Source: Candidatus Marinacidobacterales bacterium
Lineage (GTDB): Bacteria; Acidobacteriota; Vicinamibacteria; Marinacidobacterales; SMYC01
Length of the DNA: 64,000 nt
Reading direction: 5' to 3'
Assembly (NCBI GenBank): GCA_965237955.1
Contig: OZ250169.1
Location: forward strand, 1,056,001 to 1,120,000
In this document: in pieces, positions 29,086 through 40,132 of the stretch
Layout of the letters: every line of letters starts with the position of its first letter
Position numbering within the stretch: position 1 is the first letter of the stretch
The notes under the pieces: model-generated
Seen by the model: the letters and a program-made list of their open reading frames with translations, nothing else
Database searches by the model: none
What the model was told of the DNA's origin: nothing
Made by a program: the position numbers and the translations under genes

Positions 29086-29844
29086 TCATGCATCGGCGTT
29101 GTCAAATGCCTTTGGCGCAGCCTTGGTCTTTCTCAGAGAAGCTCCTTTGAGAGTGATGCGGTGCGCGCTGTGGAGAATGCGATCGCAGATAGCGTCTGCC
29201 TGGTTTGGGTCGCCAATCGCTTCGTGCCACTGCTTGAGCGGAATCTGGGTCGCGATGAGTGTGGAGCCACGCTCGGCGCGGTCTTCGATGACCTCCATTA
29301 GATCCCGTCTCTCCGATTCTTTCAGCGGGTGAAGCAGCCAATCATCGATAGCCAGTAAGTCCAGCTTGGCGAGTTTCGTCAAAAGCCGGGCGTAGGAACC
29401 ATCACCACGAGCGACCGCGAGCTCGTGGAGCAAGCGCGGTGCTCGCACGTAGCATCCGGTGAAGCCGCGACGACAGGCCCGCTCCACGAAGGCGCAAGCC
29501 AAGAACGATTTGCCAATCCCCGTCGGGCCGGTGATGAGCAGGTTATGGCGCTCACCGACAAAGCGGCAGTTGCCCAGGCTCAAGATCTGTTCGCGGTTTA
29601 AGCCTCGAGGCGCTTGGAAGTTCACGTTCTCCAAACATGCCGGATAGCGGAGCTTTGCCGCTCGCAGTCGTCGAGAAAGCTTACGCTGTTCGCGGGCGGT
29701 CCACTCGGCATCGACCAGGAGTCCCACACGTTCCTCGAAGCTCAGCTCCTTGTATTCGCTCGAGCTCAACTGGGTTTCGAACGCGGACACCAAGCCGAAC
29801 AACTTCATGGCGTTCATCTTTTCTATCGTTTCGGGTGTCAGCAT
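29086..29844 (-). CDS. istB: IS21 helper ATPase
   Basis: GPTGIGKS Walker A, LLAIDDW Walker B, ADAICDRI. Confidence 0.93.
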   Translation of the reverse strand: MLTPETIEKMNAMKLFGLVSAFETQLSSSEYKELSFEERVGLLVDAEWTAREQRKLSRRLRAAKLRYPACLENVNFQAPRGLNREQILSLGNCRFVGERHNLLITGPTGIGKSFLACAFVERACRRGFTGCYVRAPRLLHELAVARGDGSYARLLTKLAKLDLLAIDDWLLHPLKESERRDLMEVIEDRAERGSTLIATQIPLKQWHEAIGDPNQADAICDRILHSAHRITLKGASLRKTKAAPKAFDNADA

Positions 29845-31394
29845 CGGGACTCTCCTCCTTCGTAGTGATCCGCGCCTCGGATGTTCTCGTGCTCCTCTCG
29901 CGGTTTCGCTTCGGCGTCCGATTCGAGCACCACACGATCCAGACCAGCCGAGAGAATGTTTTTCACCGTGCGATAGCTGTAAGAGCTCAAAGCTTCCGCT
30001 CGTGCGCAAGCGGCCTCGAGACGCTCACTGCCCCAGCGGCTGCCTAGTCGCATGACTCCCAGGCAAGAGCGAAATCCCTGCTCCGGGTGAGGCCGACTCT
30101 CTAGAATCCCCGCAACCAGCCTTCCCGTGGCGCGACCTGACTGCTCCGCCCAGTGGAGCAGCCGCGACGGCGTCCACTCCAGGTGCTCCCGATGCGAACG
30201 TGGCATATGCTCCGGGTTCGTGGAGTAGTGCCCCTTTCCTTTCTTGCGGGGATGCGACGCGACGCGCTTTCCCTTGAACAGGACCTCCACCACCGAGGCC
30301 GTCACCCGTGCCTCGACTTTCTCGTGAATGAGCTGATAGGGAACGCTGTACAAGTTGTTCTCCACCTCCACGTGGTAGTCGATGTTCACTCTGCACCGCT
30401 TCCACGTCGATAACTCGTAGCTCTCCTGCGGTAGCGGTTTCAGTACGGGCCGGTCTAGCCTTTCGTACAACTCCCGCCGACTCACACCGAGCTTCTGCAT
30501 CGGACGCGCATTCAGGACCTCTAACTTCTCCCAGATGGCTTCGTTCAGTTCCGCCAGGCTGAAGAACGTGCGATGACGAAGCACCGCCAGGATCCAGCGC
30601 TGCGCCACCTGCACTGCCGACTCCACCTTCGCTTTGTCTTTCGGCTTGAACACCCGAGCCGGGACCACAACCGCACCGTAATGCGTCGCCAGCTCTTCGT
30701 ACGTCCGGTTGATCCCTGGCTCGTAACGGTCCACCAAATCCACGCCGCTCTTCAAGTTGTCCGGAACCCAGATCTCCGTACTGCCACCGAAGTAATCCGA
30801 CATCCCCTTATGGGCCTTCGCCCACGATTCCAGCGGCTGGTTCAGTGTCGCTTCGACGTAGGTGTAACTGCTCGCGCCCAACGTCCCGACGAACAGCTCC
30901 ATTTCGACGAGCTCTCCCGTTTTCGGATCGACGATGTGAGGCTTCTTCCCCGAAAAATCGACGAATGTCTTCTCGCCTGCTCGATGCCGTTGACGCATCG
31001 TCGGGTTCAGCTTCTTCTTCCACTGACCGTACAGCTCGCAATAACGGCTGTAGCCGTACGCTCCCGGCTTATTCTCCGCGTACTCCACCCACAGCTGCAG
31101 CAACGTCAGCTCTCGGTGACGCCTCAGCTCCTCGTGGATGTGGGCATAGTCCAGACCCGGCCGTGCGCCAGACGAGCCCGGCGGCGGAAACAGCCCTGCC
31201 TCCAGCTCCCCGTCGCTCAGCTCCTCCGGGAGCGGCCAGCTCAGACCACCCTTCTTCGCCTTGGCCAGGTACTCACTCACCGTTCCAACCGCCACGCGAA
31301 GTGCCTTTGCGATCATGCGGTGAGTAAAACCCAGCTCGTACTTTAACCTTAGAACCTCTCGTATTTTTCTCATCGATAACCTCTTAGCTGCCAT
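29838..31394 (-). CDS. istA: IS21 transposase
   Basis: MRKIREVLRL HTH, FVDFSG, VPDNLKS, KDKAKVES. Confidence 0.95.
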   Translation of the reverse strand: MAAKRLSMRKIREVLRLKYELGFTHRMIAKALRVAVGTVSEYLAKAKKGGLSWPLPEELSDGELEAGLFPPPGSSGARPGLDYAHIHEELRRHRELTLLQLWVEYAENKPGAYGYSRYCELYGQWKKKLNPTMRQRHRAGEKTFVDFSGKKPHIVDPKTGELVEMELFVGTLGASSYTYVEATLNQPLESWAKAHKGMSDYFGGSTEIWVPDNLKSGVDLVDRYEPGINRTYEELATHYGAVVVPARVFKPKDKAKVESAVQVAQRWILAVLRHRTFFSLAELNEAIWEKLEVLNARPMQKLGVSRRELYERLDRPVLKPLPQESYELSTWKRCRVNIDYHVEVENNLYSVPYQLIHEKVEARVTASVVEVLFKGKRVASHPRKKGKGHYSTNPEHMPRSHREHLEWTPSRLLHWAEQSGRATGRLVAGILESRPHPEQGFRSCLGVMRLGSRWGSERLEAACARAEALSSYSYRTVKNILSAGLDRVVLESDAEAKPREEHENIRGADHYEGGESRC

Positions 31395-31711
31395 TTCCTG
31401 GATCGTCCTCCTTCCGGGTACGACCTAGAGTTGCCTTGAAACGTGCTATCGATGAGCGTTCGCGATGCCGGAACCGGCGTTCACGTTGCCTGGAATCCGT
31501 GTTCACCTTCCCCGGAATCGATGTTCACGATCCCCGGAATCCGTGTTCACGATGCTTTGGAATGGATGTTCACCTTCGGCTGGAATCTGCGTTCACGATG
31601 CCCCGGAATACGCACCTTACCTCTATCTACCGCGCCAGCCCCCGACCCTACCGGGCTTGAGCGCACCGCGCTGCCAACATCTTGGGGGCGGTTCGGCCCT
31701 GAATGCCTCAC

Positions 31712-31788
31712 TTGACAGCAACGGCACCGCCCGCGTGGGCGGAGGTCATCGGGGAGTGACCGAAATCGTTCGTTCACTCGAAAGTACC
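31712..31788 (+). repeat. ~78-bp two-hairpin dispersed repeat (copy 2)
   Basis: Matches 14257-14334 and 59272-59348. Confidence 0.85.
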
Positions 31789-31801
31789 GACCGACAGGTT
31801 G

Positions 31802-32770
31802 TCAGAAGTGGTACGTCAGACTCAGGCTGAAACCGAGCAGTGTCATGTCGTCTGTCGTTATGGTTCCTGATACCGGTTCGCTCCCGTCCCTGCGTACATT
31901 CGGCACGTGGCTGCGTAACGGAATCCATTCAATACCGTCGTCACGGAAGGATGAGAAGTTGACCCAGCGGCCCTTCACCCCTAGAGACACAGATTCCGTC
32001 ATTTCGTAGTCCACTCCGAACAGCACCTGATAACCGAACAGAGTGTCGGAAAGTACCTCTTGGGCGACACTGGTCGTTCCAGCAAGATTCCGGCGGATCT
32101 CTTCGACGTTGGGCAACCCCTCTCCGGTGGAGATCGCGGTGGGGTCGGCGTTCCTGGCCCACACTCCGGAGTATCCCATCTGGGCAAGACCGACACCCAT
32201 GCCAAACCCGGCATAGGGGGTGACCCGGGTACTGTTGATGAAGTCCAGATACAGGTTCCCGAACAGGTTGTGCCCGGTGAGGGTGCCTATGCGGTCATTC
32301 GCCACCCAGATTTCCTGACGAAGCTTGTCGCCGGAGGCTCCTTCGGCGAAGGGAATCTCGGAGGTCTGATTATATTGGGAGACCTGGTAGGAGTATTCAA
32401 ACTCCGGCCGAAGGCGGACTCTCATCCCAGCCAGGTCGTTCTCCCAGGCTCGATACCCCAGTACAAATCCGGACAGAATGCCCCTGGCACCGTCGAAACT
32501 GTTGCTCCAGTTGTCACCTGCCCCGCGATTCGAACCCGTGCAGTTGTAGTTTTCATACCCAGCAGTTTGTGTCACGGTCGCATACATCGGGTTGATGTAC
32601 TCGTCACAAACGCTGGCCCGGTCGTTGGAGCTGCCTGTGATATTCATTCCAGAGTGGGAGTTCCTGCCAATCTCAAGGCCAAGATAAAGCCCCTGACCGT
32701 GCGCTGTGCCCCGAGCGAAAATCCATATCGTAACTAGCAAGATAGTCAACGGTATATGAATACGTTTCAT
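31802..32770 (-). CDS. Outer-membrane beta-barrel (opacity/OmpW-like) protein
   Basis: GGGAGGAG RBS, signal peptide MKRIHIPL..AHG, TPYAGFGMG strand, C-terminal LTYHF. Confidence 0.85.
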   Translation of the reverse strand: MKRIHIPLTILLVTIWIFARGTAHGQGLYLGLEIGRNSHSGMNITGSSNDRASVCDEYINPMYATVTQTAGYENYNCTGSNRGAGDNWSNSFDGARGILSGFVLGYRAWENDLAGMRVRLRPEFEYSYQVSQYNQTSEIPFAEGASGDKLRQEIWVANDRIGTLTGHNLFGNLYLDFINSTRVTPYAGFGMGVGLAQMGYSGVWARNADPTAISTGEGLPNVEEIRRNLAGTTSVAQEVLSDTLFGYQVLFGVDYEMTESVSLGVKGRWVNFSSFRDDGIEWIPLRSHVPNVRRDGSEPVSGTITTDDMTLLGFSLSLTYHF

Positions 32771-32970
32771 ACAGTCTGAGCTCCTCCCTGAGCGTTGAAC
32801 AGTTTCGCGGGTAGATTGGGGGAAATTATATTGAAGTGACCCCGCTTTCGGGATGTGTCCCGAGGTCCGTGGAAAAAGAACAGCGCCCTCCACTCCGTCA
32901 TCAGGGTATCAGGTCAGGCGGCAACCTGCGCGTGTTCGAGAACTTCGCTCAGACGTTGGTAGCCGTCGAT

Positions 32971-33730
32971 GGGTGCTTCCTCCATCAAATATTGCTACGC
33001 GGCTGCGGGCAGTGGTACAGGTGCGGAAGAGACCGGGTTGCGTGCCCCAGTGAGCAGGAAAACCTCGATCCGCGACCACAAAGGAATCGTCGTCGCCAAG
33101 AAGATGTCTCGAAAGGTGAGCCGTCGCGTGGTCAGACCGGCCTGCATAGCCGGAGTTCGGATCTCATGTCCGAACTTCAGAGCTTCGTGCGGTCGGACGA
33201 AGTTGTAATAGCAACGGAGCAACTCCATGTGCTCATCGAGCCTCTCCGTCGAGCGAGCGTGGGAAAGCGTTCGTCTCGAAAGGTATGCCGAGCTTTGCCA
33301 GATGGTCAGATTCAACCGCTCGATAAACGACGTGTTCAATGTCGAGGAGTCCTCGGAGTTATTGAGCGCGTCTTCGAATCGCCATGCGGCTCCGTGCAGC
33401 GCTCTCCGTTCGACTTTGATGATACGATCGTTCCTGCGCGTCTTGAGGACCTGGCCGTAGAGACACGCTGGCCGGAAGAAGCGACGGATGACCTTCTGGT
33501 AGAATTCGAATCCATCCGTGACGATCAGGGGAAGACGCCCGAAATTCATCCGCCTCGAAAGGTCACGAAACAGAGCGTGAGTGTTCCGGTAGCTTCGCCT
33601 TCCCGTCACCGTCGATGGCCAGAGCCGAGACCAGACCTCGATCGTAACGAAGACCCAACTCGGCGTCTTCTTGTTTGCCCGTGAACGTGCAAATCTCGTC
33701 GACTTGAAGCTCTTCGGCAGCGAAGTCGGC
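32971..33730 (-). mobile_element. IS1-family element, 5'-truncated and frameshifted
   Basis: Homologous to the 3' two-thirds of 37134-38225; end sequence GGGTGCTTCCTCCATCAAAT. Confidence 0.85.
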
Positions 33731-33852
33731 GACTGTGCTCCGCAAAAAGTCGATCCAGCGTTGATTGCACGGTTTAGACCTGCCATGATCGGCTGCTTCG
33801 CCCCGGTCGACCGGTGGGCTCCATCACGATTACCGGTTGTCACGCATCGCCT

Positions 33853-33893
33853 GATGGTCTATTTCAAAAGGGGCCGAGTTTTGGCACAGGACG
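33853..33893 (+). repeat. Solo tip of the rve-element TIR
   Basis: ATGGTCTATTTCAAAAGGGGCCGAGTTTTGGCACAGGACG. Confidence 0.8.
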
Positions 33894-33945
33894 GGATTGC
33901 TCAATTCGCTTTATGGTCTTGTCCTTCATTGGCTCCCTCCTCCGT

Positions 33946-34422
33946 TTATGACTCGGTGTGAGAGATGACCTGGTAAGAGCCCGAGTCCGGCCTTCCATCT
34001 TCCTGGAGGTTGGAGATCTCGAGAGTATATGAGCCGGCTGGTTCTTCTTCCGCGGTGATTCGAGTAGGCTTCGCTGGCGGTTCACCGATTGAGGACGCGA
34101 CAACGTCTTCGCACGCATTCCTCTGGGAAAGCCGACAATTACATTGGCCACGATAAATGACGGCGTCAAGCCTGTTGGAATCTCGATTCCAGTCAACAAC
34201 GGCCTCGATGTCACCTAAGGCTGTCGTGCTGAACGAGAAGAACCTAAGGAAATCACAGTCTAACGTTTGTGAGGACTCGAGAGTGCCAATGTTGAAACTA
34301 CCGTCAGCTATCACCCTGCTTACATCGAAAACTGGCGCCACTGCGCCAGTAGGTGGCTTGCAGTGAGTCATCGCCAAGAAGGCAGCTGCAACGATCACTT
34401 TCTTTTTCGGCATTCGGCTCAT
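33946..34422 (-). CDS. Hypothetical lipoprotein
   Basis: MPKKKVIVAAAFLAMTHC signal ending in Cys; beta-rich domain. Confidence 0.6.
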   Translation of the reverse strand: MSRMPKKKVIVAAAFLAMTHCKPPTGAVAPVFDVSRVIADGSFNIGTLESSQTLDCDFLRFFSFSTTALGDIEAVVDWNRDSNRLDAVIYRGQCNCRLSQRNACEDVVASSIGEPPAKPTRITAEEEPAGSYTLEISNLQEDGRPDSGSYQVISHTES

Positions 34423-34600
34423 CCAACCTAAGTGGTGTTTCTTAAGCGGCCAAGTCTCAATCTTCGGCATTCGGGCGTCAAGCATATCAATACTGGACTG
34501 GAAAAGAACCAGGCGCAGGCCAAGCCACAGTTGACGGCGATCCCCTACGCGGAAAGCCTGAAGGAGTGTGAGACGAACAAAGCCAAGTTCCAGGATTGGT

Positions 34601-35897
<1,297 letters not shown>

Positions 35898-36337
35898 CCG
35901 CGGAGGACGCGCTCGCTCGCGCCGCCGCCGAGACCAAGCCAGTGCTCCCCGCACAGCAAGCCCCGCCGGCATCGCCTGATCCACAACCGCCGGCGCCCGC
36001 CCGCGTGAGTGATGAGGATGCGATCCGCAAAGTACTTGCCAACTATGTGCAGGCGATCGAGAGCAAGGACTTGTCTCTTTTCGCTAGCGTGAAACCGAAT
36101 CTCTCCGCCGACGAGCGAAGCCGACTCGAAAAGTCGTTCGCCACAATAGACTCGCATCAGATCGATGTTGCGATTTCCGCGGTGGAGATTCAGGGTTCTC
36201 AAGCTTCGGTCAGGATTTCGCGTAAAGATACGATCACCTTCAACGGGCAGACACAAACCCGCGCGTCGCGGCAGATCATAGTCTTTGTCAAGAAGCCCAA
36301 CGGTTGGGTGATCGAACAAATCGCTCAGGCTCCCTGA
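35898..36337 (+). pseudogene. 3' fragment: Pro-rich linker plus NTF2/SnoaL-like domain
   Basis: DEDAIRKVLANYVQAIESKD...GWVIEQI; 5' end removed at the IS6. Confidence 0.6.
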
Positions 36338-36380
36338 GCTAGTTCGTCTACTGGACTCGCTCGTTCACAAAGGAGGCTCC

Positions 36381-36790
36381 ATGGTTAAACGGCTCCAACT
36401 GTTCCTAGCTTTGTGCTTGGTTCTGGGCTCATCAAGGGCCTACGGTGACGACCCGTTCAATATCGCGGTAAAGCCTGAGAAGCTTGCATTTCTCCTTACT
36501 CAGCTCTACGGTCCCGGTGGCCTCATCGTAGACAGCCTGACCGTGCTTCCGAGCGGGGACACGCACTCGGCCCACTTCAATAGCGACTTTCAAACCGGCT
36601 TCACGCAGTTCAATACCGCCCTTGCAAGCCAGATTGTCAACGTTCCACTTCCGTCACCCGCTTCCGGCTTCACCTACGAGTTCGATGCGACCCTTGGAGT
36701 CTTTACCCGAACCACCCAGAGCTTCGGACCGATACTTGCCGAGCGCTGGGAAACCATCGGCGGTGGCCGATTCTCCTTCGGCTTCACATT
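36381..36790 (+). pseudogene. Secreted or outer-membrane protein, 3'-truncated
   Basis: AAGGAGG RBS, signal peptide, PSPASGFTYEFD..SFGPILAER; joined directly to the IS110 remnant. Confidence 0.7.
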
Positions 36791-37041
36791 TCATACTATC
36801 GACGTCTCGCCTATCGCGTCGGTAAATCCAAAGCCATCACCGCCACCGCTCGAAAGCTCGCCATTCTCGTCTACCGCACTCTCAAGGATGGGCTCGTCTA
36901 TCAAGACCCCGGGGCCGCCGCCTACAACGCTCAAGATCGCTCCCGTGCCGTGCGCCGCCTGACCCAACGCGCCGCTGACCTCGGTTTCGCTCTCATCGAC
37001 ACTCAAACGGGCGACGTCGTTCAGGCGGTAGTTTCTTAGGA
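36791..37041 (+). mobile_element. IS110-family transposase 3' remnant
   Basis: Reads YYRRLAYRVGKSKAITATARKLAILVYRTLKDGLVYQDPGA...VS*. Confidence 0.8.
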
Positions 37042-37133
37042 GTGTTGGCGGCCAGTCCCTAACCCCCCTGCGTGCTAGAGTATGAGCCAGAATTTCGAGG
37101 ACACTGTTCTCTCGTGGTCAGGGCCGATCCAAA

Positions 37134-38201
37134 GTGAAAAATCGCAGATGTCTCAATCGCGCCTGTCCGTTGCGGGGCAAAGTCAGTTCCGGAAACATCG
37201 TTCGCCACGGATTCTACCGAACCAGGTCCGGGAAACGTCGTCGATTCCGGTGTGTCGAGTGCGGAAAGACGTTCTCTTTGACCAAGGGCACGCCGTACTA
37301 CCGTCTCCAGCATCGAAGAGCTACTTTCGATGCCGTAGTCGCTCTAAGAGTCGAAGGTGTCAGCATTTCCGCGACTGCTCGGGTCGAGGGGATTGCCTGG
37401 AATACCGTGGCTCGCTGGCTCGAGCGGGCGGCGCACGCTTGTCGTCGATTCAACCGCGAGACGATCATCGGATTCGCCGTCGAGGAGCTCCAGGCCGATG
37501 AGGTCCGCACGTTCGTTGGTAGCAAGAAACGGCCGAGCTGGATCTTCGCTGCCATCGAGGTCGGGTCGCGGCCCTGGCCCTCGACGGTCGTCGGGCGACG
37601 AAGCTACCGAAACACTCTGGCGCTCGTTCGCGACGTCTCCAACCAAATGGATTTCATGAAACTTCCCCTGATCGTCACGGATGGGCTCGATTTCTACGAA
37701 AAGGTCGTCCGTCGCGTCTTCGGGCCGGCTTGTCTCTATGGCCAAGTCCTCAAGACGCGTAGGAACGATCGTGTCGTCAAGGTCGAACGACGGGCCATTC
37801 ATGGAGCTGCGTGGCGATTCGAAGAAGCGCTCAATAACTCCGAGGACTCTTCGACATTGAATACCTCCTTCATCGAGCGACTGAATCTGACCATCCGGCA
37901 AAGCTCGGCATACCTTTCGAGACGAACGCTTTCCCACGCTCGCTCGACGGAGAGGCTCGATGAGCACCTGGAGTTGCTCCGTTGCTATTACAATTTCGTC
38001 CGACCGCACGGAACTCTGAAGTTCGGACGTGAGATCCGAACTCCGGCTATGCAGGCCGGTCTGACCACGCGACGGCTCACCTTTCGAGACATCTTCTTGG
38101 CGACAACGATTCCTTTGTGGTCGCGGATCGAGGTTTTCTTGCTCACTGGGAGGCGCAACCTGGTCTCTTCCGCACCTGTACCACTGCCCGCAGCCGCGTA
38201 G
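37134..38201 (+). CDS. IS1-family transposase (single ORF); element right end at 38225
   Basis: CLNRAC/CVEC zinc ribbon, HTH, ADEVRTFV, VTDGL, NTSFIERLNLTIR. Confidence 0.85.
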   Translation: MKNRRCLNRACPLRGKVSSGNIVRHGFYRTRSGKRRRFRCVECGKTFSLTKGTPYYRLQHRRATFDAVVALRVEGVSISATARVEGIAWNTVARWLERAAHACRRFNRETIIGFAVEELQADEVRTFVGSKKRPSWIFAAIEVGSRPWPSTVVGRRSYRNTLALVRDVSNQMDFMKLPLIVTDGLDFYEKVVRRVFGPACLYGQVLKTRRNDRVVKVERRAIHGAAWRFEEALNNSEDSSTLNTSFIERLNLTIRQSSAYLSRRTLSHARSTERLDEHLELLRCYYNFVRPHGTLKFGREIRTPAMQAGLTTRRLTFRDIFLATTIPLWSRIEVFLLTGRRNLVSSAPVPLPAAA

Positions 38202-38245
38202 CAACATTTGATGGAGGAAGCACCCAAAGTTTAGGAGGATATACC

Positions 38246-39589
38246 TTGTTGAAGAACGGCATGTTGACATTCCTTGTTTTCACTCTTTGGTCGGTGCCGA
38301 CCGCGGCGGTGCCCGCTGCCGAGGAGCCGGACGTGGAGACCGCCGCTCTCGAAGCTGAGATCCGCCAGGAGTTGTCTTTGCTACACTCGCGTCTGTTAAA
38401 GCTCGAGGCGCTTTTGGACTCGTTGCAGGCAGGCAGTGGAGCCTCCGAAGTCGCACCCGGCGGGGACTCAGGTAAAACCGCCGTGGACGAGGCCGTTCCT
38501 CCCGCCCCGAAGCCCGCCATCTCTGGTCGTAGCGATCAGAAGCTGTCCAGGGGCGTGGCAAGCAGCGGAGGCCAGGCGATCTCGTTCACCGGCTTGCTTG
38601 ACACCTATTTCACGTACAATACCAACAGTCCACCAGACGGCTACAACACGCTGTACTACACGAATCCGAATGCGCGGGGCTTCGGCTTAAATCAAGCCAA
38701 GATCGAGATCGACGCCAGCGGCGACGGGCCCATCGGATTCCGTTCCGACATCTGGTTCGGCTCCGGGGCGCGCCTGTTCCGAGACGGTCTTGAGCCGGGT
38801 CCACTCGAGGATGTGCTGTACCTGCAACAGGCGTATGGCTACTACCAGTTCTCGAACGGAGCGCAGCTCGATGTTGGCCTGTTTGGCACGATTGCTGGCC
38901 TGGAAGTGGCCGAGTCACACCTGAACTGGAACTACACCCGAGGCATCCTGTGGGCTTGGAACGAGCCCTTCTCGCACCTTGGCGCTCGGCTCAGCATGCC
39001 GATGACGGACACGTTCACGTCGACCGTCATGCTTGTCAACGGCTTCGACAACGCCTGGGATCAGAATACCGGCAAGTCGTACGGTCTGCAAGGTTCCTTC
39101 GCTCCAAACGATGGCTTCAACACGACCTTGACCTGGATTAATGGACCGGAGAATTGGGGCACGAACGAAGGCTGGCTCAAGAACCTTAGTTGGAACGCCT
39201 ACAAGATGCTGCACGAGCGGTTGGAGTTCATGGCCAACCTCGATTACATCCAGGCCAACGATCCAGAGTTCGGCAGCGCGACATCCTGGGGCATGGGCGG
39301 GTACGCCCGCGGGCATGTCTCGGACCAGGTGCGCATCGCCTACCGCTTCGAATTCATGGACGACACCGATGCGCGGTCGACCGGATTCAAGCAGAACCTC
39401 CGGGAGAACACGTTCACGCTCGAGGTCCAGCCTGTGAAGGACGACCCACGCTTTCTGACGCGTATCGAATACCGCCGTGACTGGTCCGACCTCCCGTTCT
39501 TCACCTGCGGCAGCTGCGCGAGTGGCATGGCGACGAAACAGGACACGTTCACGGTTGGTATGATGTGGGTCTTCGGACCCAGGCAATAG
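38246..39589 (+). CDS. Outer-membrane porin (putative beta-barrel porin-2/OmpL-like)
   Basis: AGGAGG RBS before TTG, signal peptide, coiled coil, YLQQAY, GLEVAESHLNWNYTRG, RIEYRRD. Confidence 0.8.
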   Translation: MLKNGMLTFLVFTLWSVPTAAVPAAEEPDVETAALEAEIRQELSLLHSRLLKLEALLDSLQAGSGASEVAPGGDSGKTAVDEAVPPAPKPAISGRSDQKLSRGVASSGGQAISFTGLLDTYFTYNTNSPPDGYNTLYYTNPNARGFGLNQAKIEIDASGDGPIGFRSDIWFGSGARLFRDGLEPGPLEDVLYLQQAYGYYQFSNGAQLDVGLFGTIAGLEVAESHLNWNYTRGILWAWNEPFSHLGARLSMPMTDTFTSTVMLVNGFDNAWDQNTGKSYGLQGSFAPNDGFNTTLTWINGPENWGTNEGWLKNLSWNAYKMLHERLEFMANLDYIQANDPEFGSATSWGMGGYARGHVSDQVRIAYRFEFMDDTDARSTGFKQNLRENTFTLEVQPVKDDPRFLTRIEYRRDWSDLPFFTCGSCASGMATKQDTFTVGMMWVFGPRQ

Positions 39590-39597
39590 GGGTCGCC

Positions 39598-39675
39598 CGA
39601 CGGCACGGGGCTGGGAGGGTGCCTTTTGAGAGCGTTCGACGGCACGGGGCTGGGAGGGTGCCTTTTGAGAGCGTT
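39598..39675 (+). terminator. 39-bp unit duplicated in tandem, each with a GGCAC..GTGCC-TTTT terminator-like hairpin
   Basis: CGACGGCACGGGGCTGGGAGGGTGCCTTTTGAGAGCGTT x2 just after the porin stop. Confidence 0.6.
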
Positions 39676-40132
39676 GAGGTTGCGAACGTCCCGGAATAAG
39701 TTGCCTCGTGCGGGACGAAGATGAGGGCGCGAAAGGTGTGTGATTTGTGCACATCGTTCAACGAGGTCCGTGGTCGGTGACCACGAAGCCCCCGGGCGGC
39801 TTGCGATGGAAGTCCGAGAGGTTGGTGAAGGATCGTTCTTTTTTCGCAGAAGCTTTCGCGGATGAAACGGGTAGCCCTTTTCTCGTTGGCTCGGCCTGAG
39901 AGGAGGCTTGGGACTGGAAGGTGGAAAAACATACCTGCTCCGCCAGCCACTCGCCGAGCGCCGACTTTGAGGTTGTCGTAGAACCAGCTACCTTTGGACA
40001 TCCTCCAAGCTCATGGAGAGAGCGGTATGAGAAAGGGCTTCGAATTTGTCAAGGCGGTCGTATCCTGCTCCCCTGAAAGTTGAAGCCACCCACAAAGCTG
40101 TGCTGAGATGGTCGGCGGAAAGGTGGTTGAAG

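Larger units (their letters stand above)
28674..31614 (-). mobile_element. IS21-family element
   Basis: TGCGTATTCC termini; about seven 22-23-bp subterminal repeats (GTTCAC...GGAATC) at 31455-31610; istAB. Confidence 0.93.

Noticed and set aside
31455-31614. Regular 22-23-bp repeats resembling a CRISPR array
   Set aside because: No unique spacers and no cas genes; these are IS21 subterminal transposase-binding repeats
36791-37130. Functional IS110 bridge-RNA system
   Set aside because: Only ~80 C-terminal codons remain; the catalytic domain and left end are missing
39676-40132. Possible degenerate gene or transposase on the minus strand
   Set aside because: No motif I can assign with confidence
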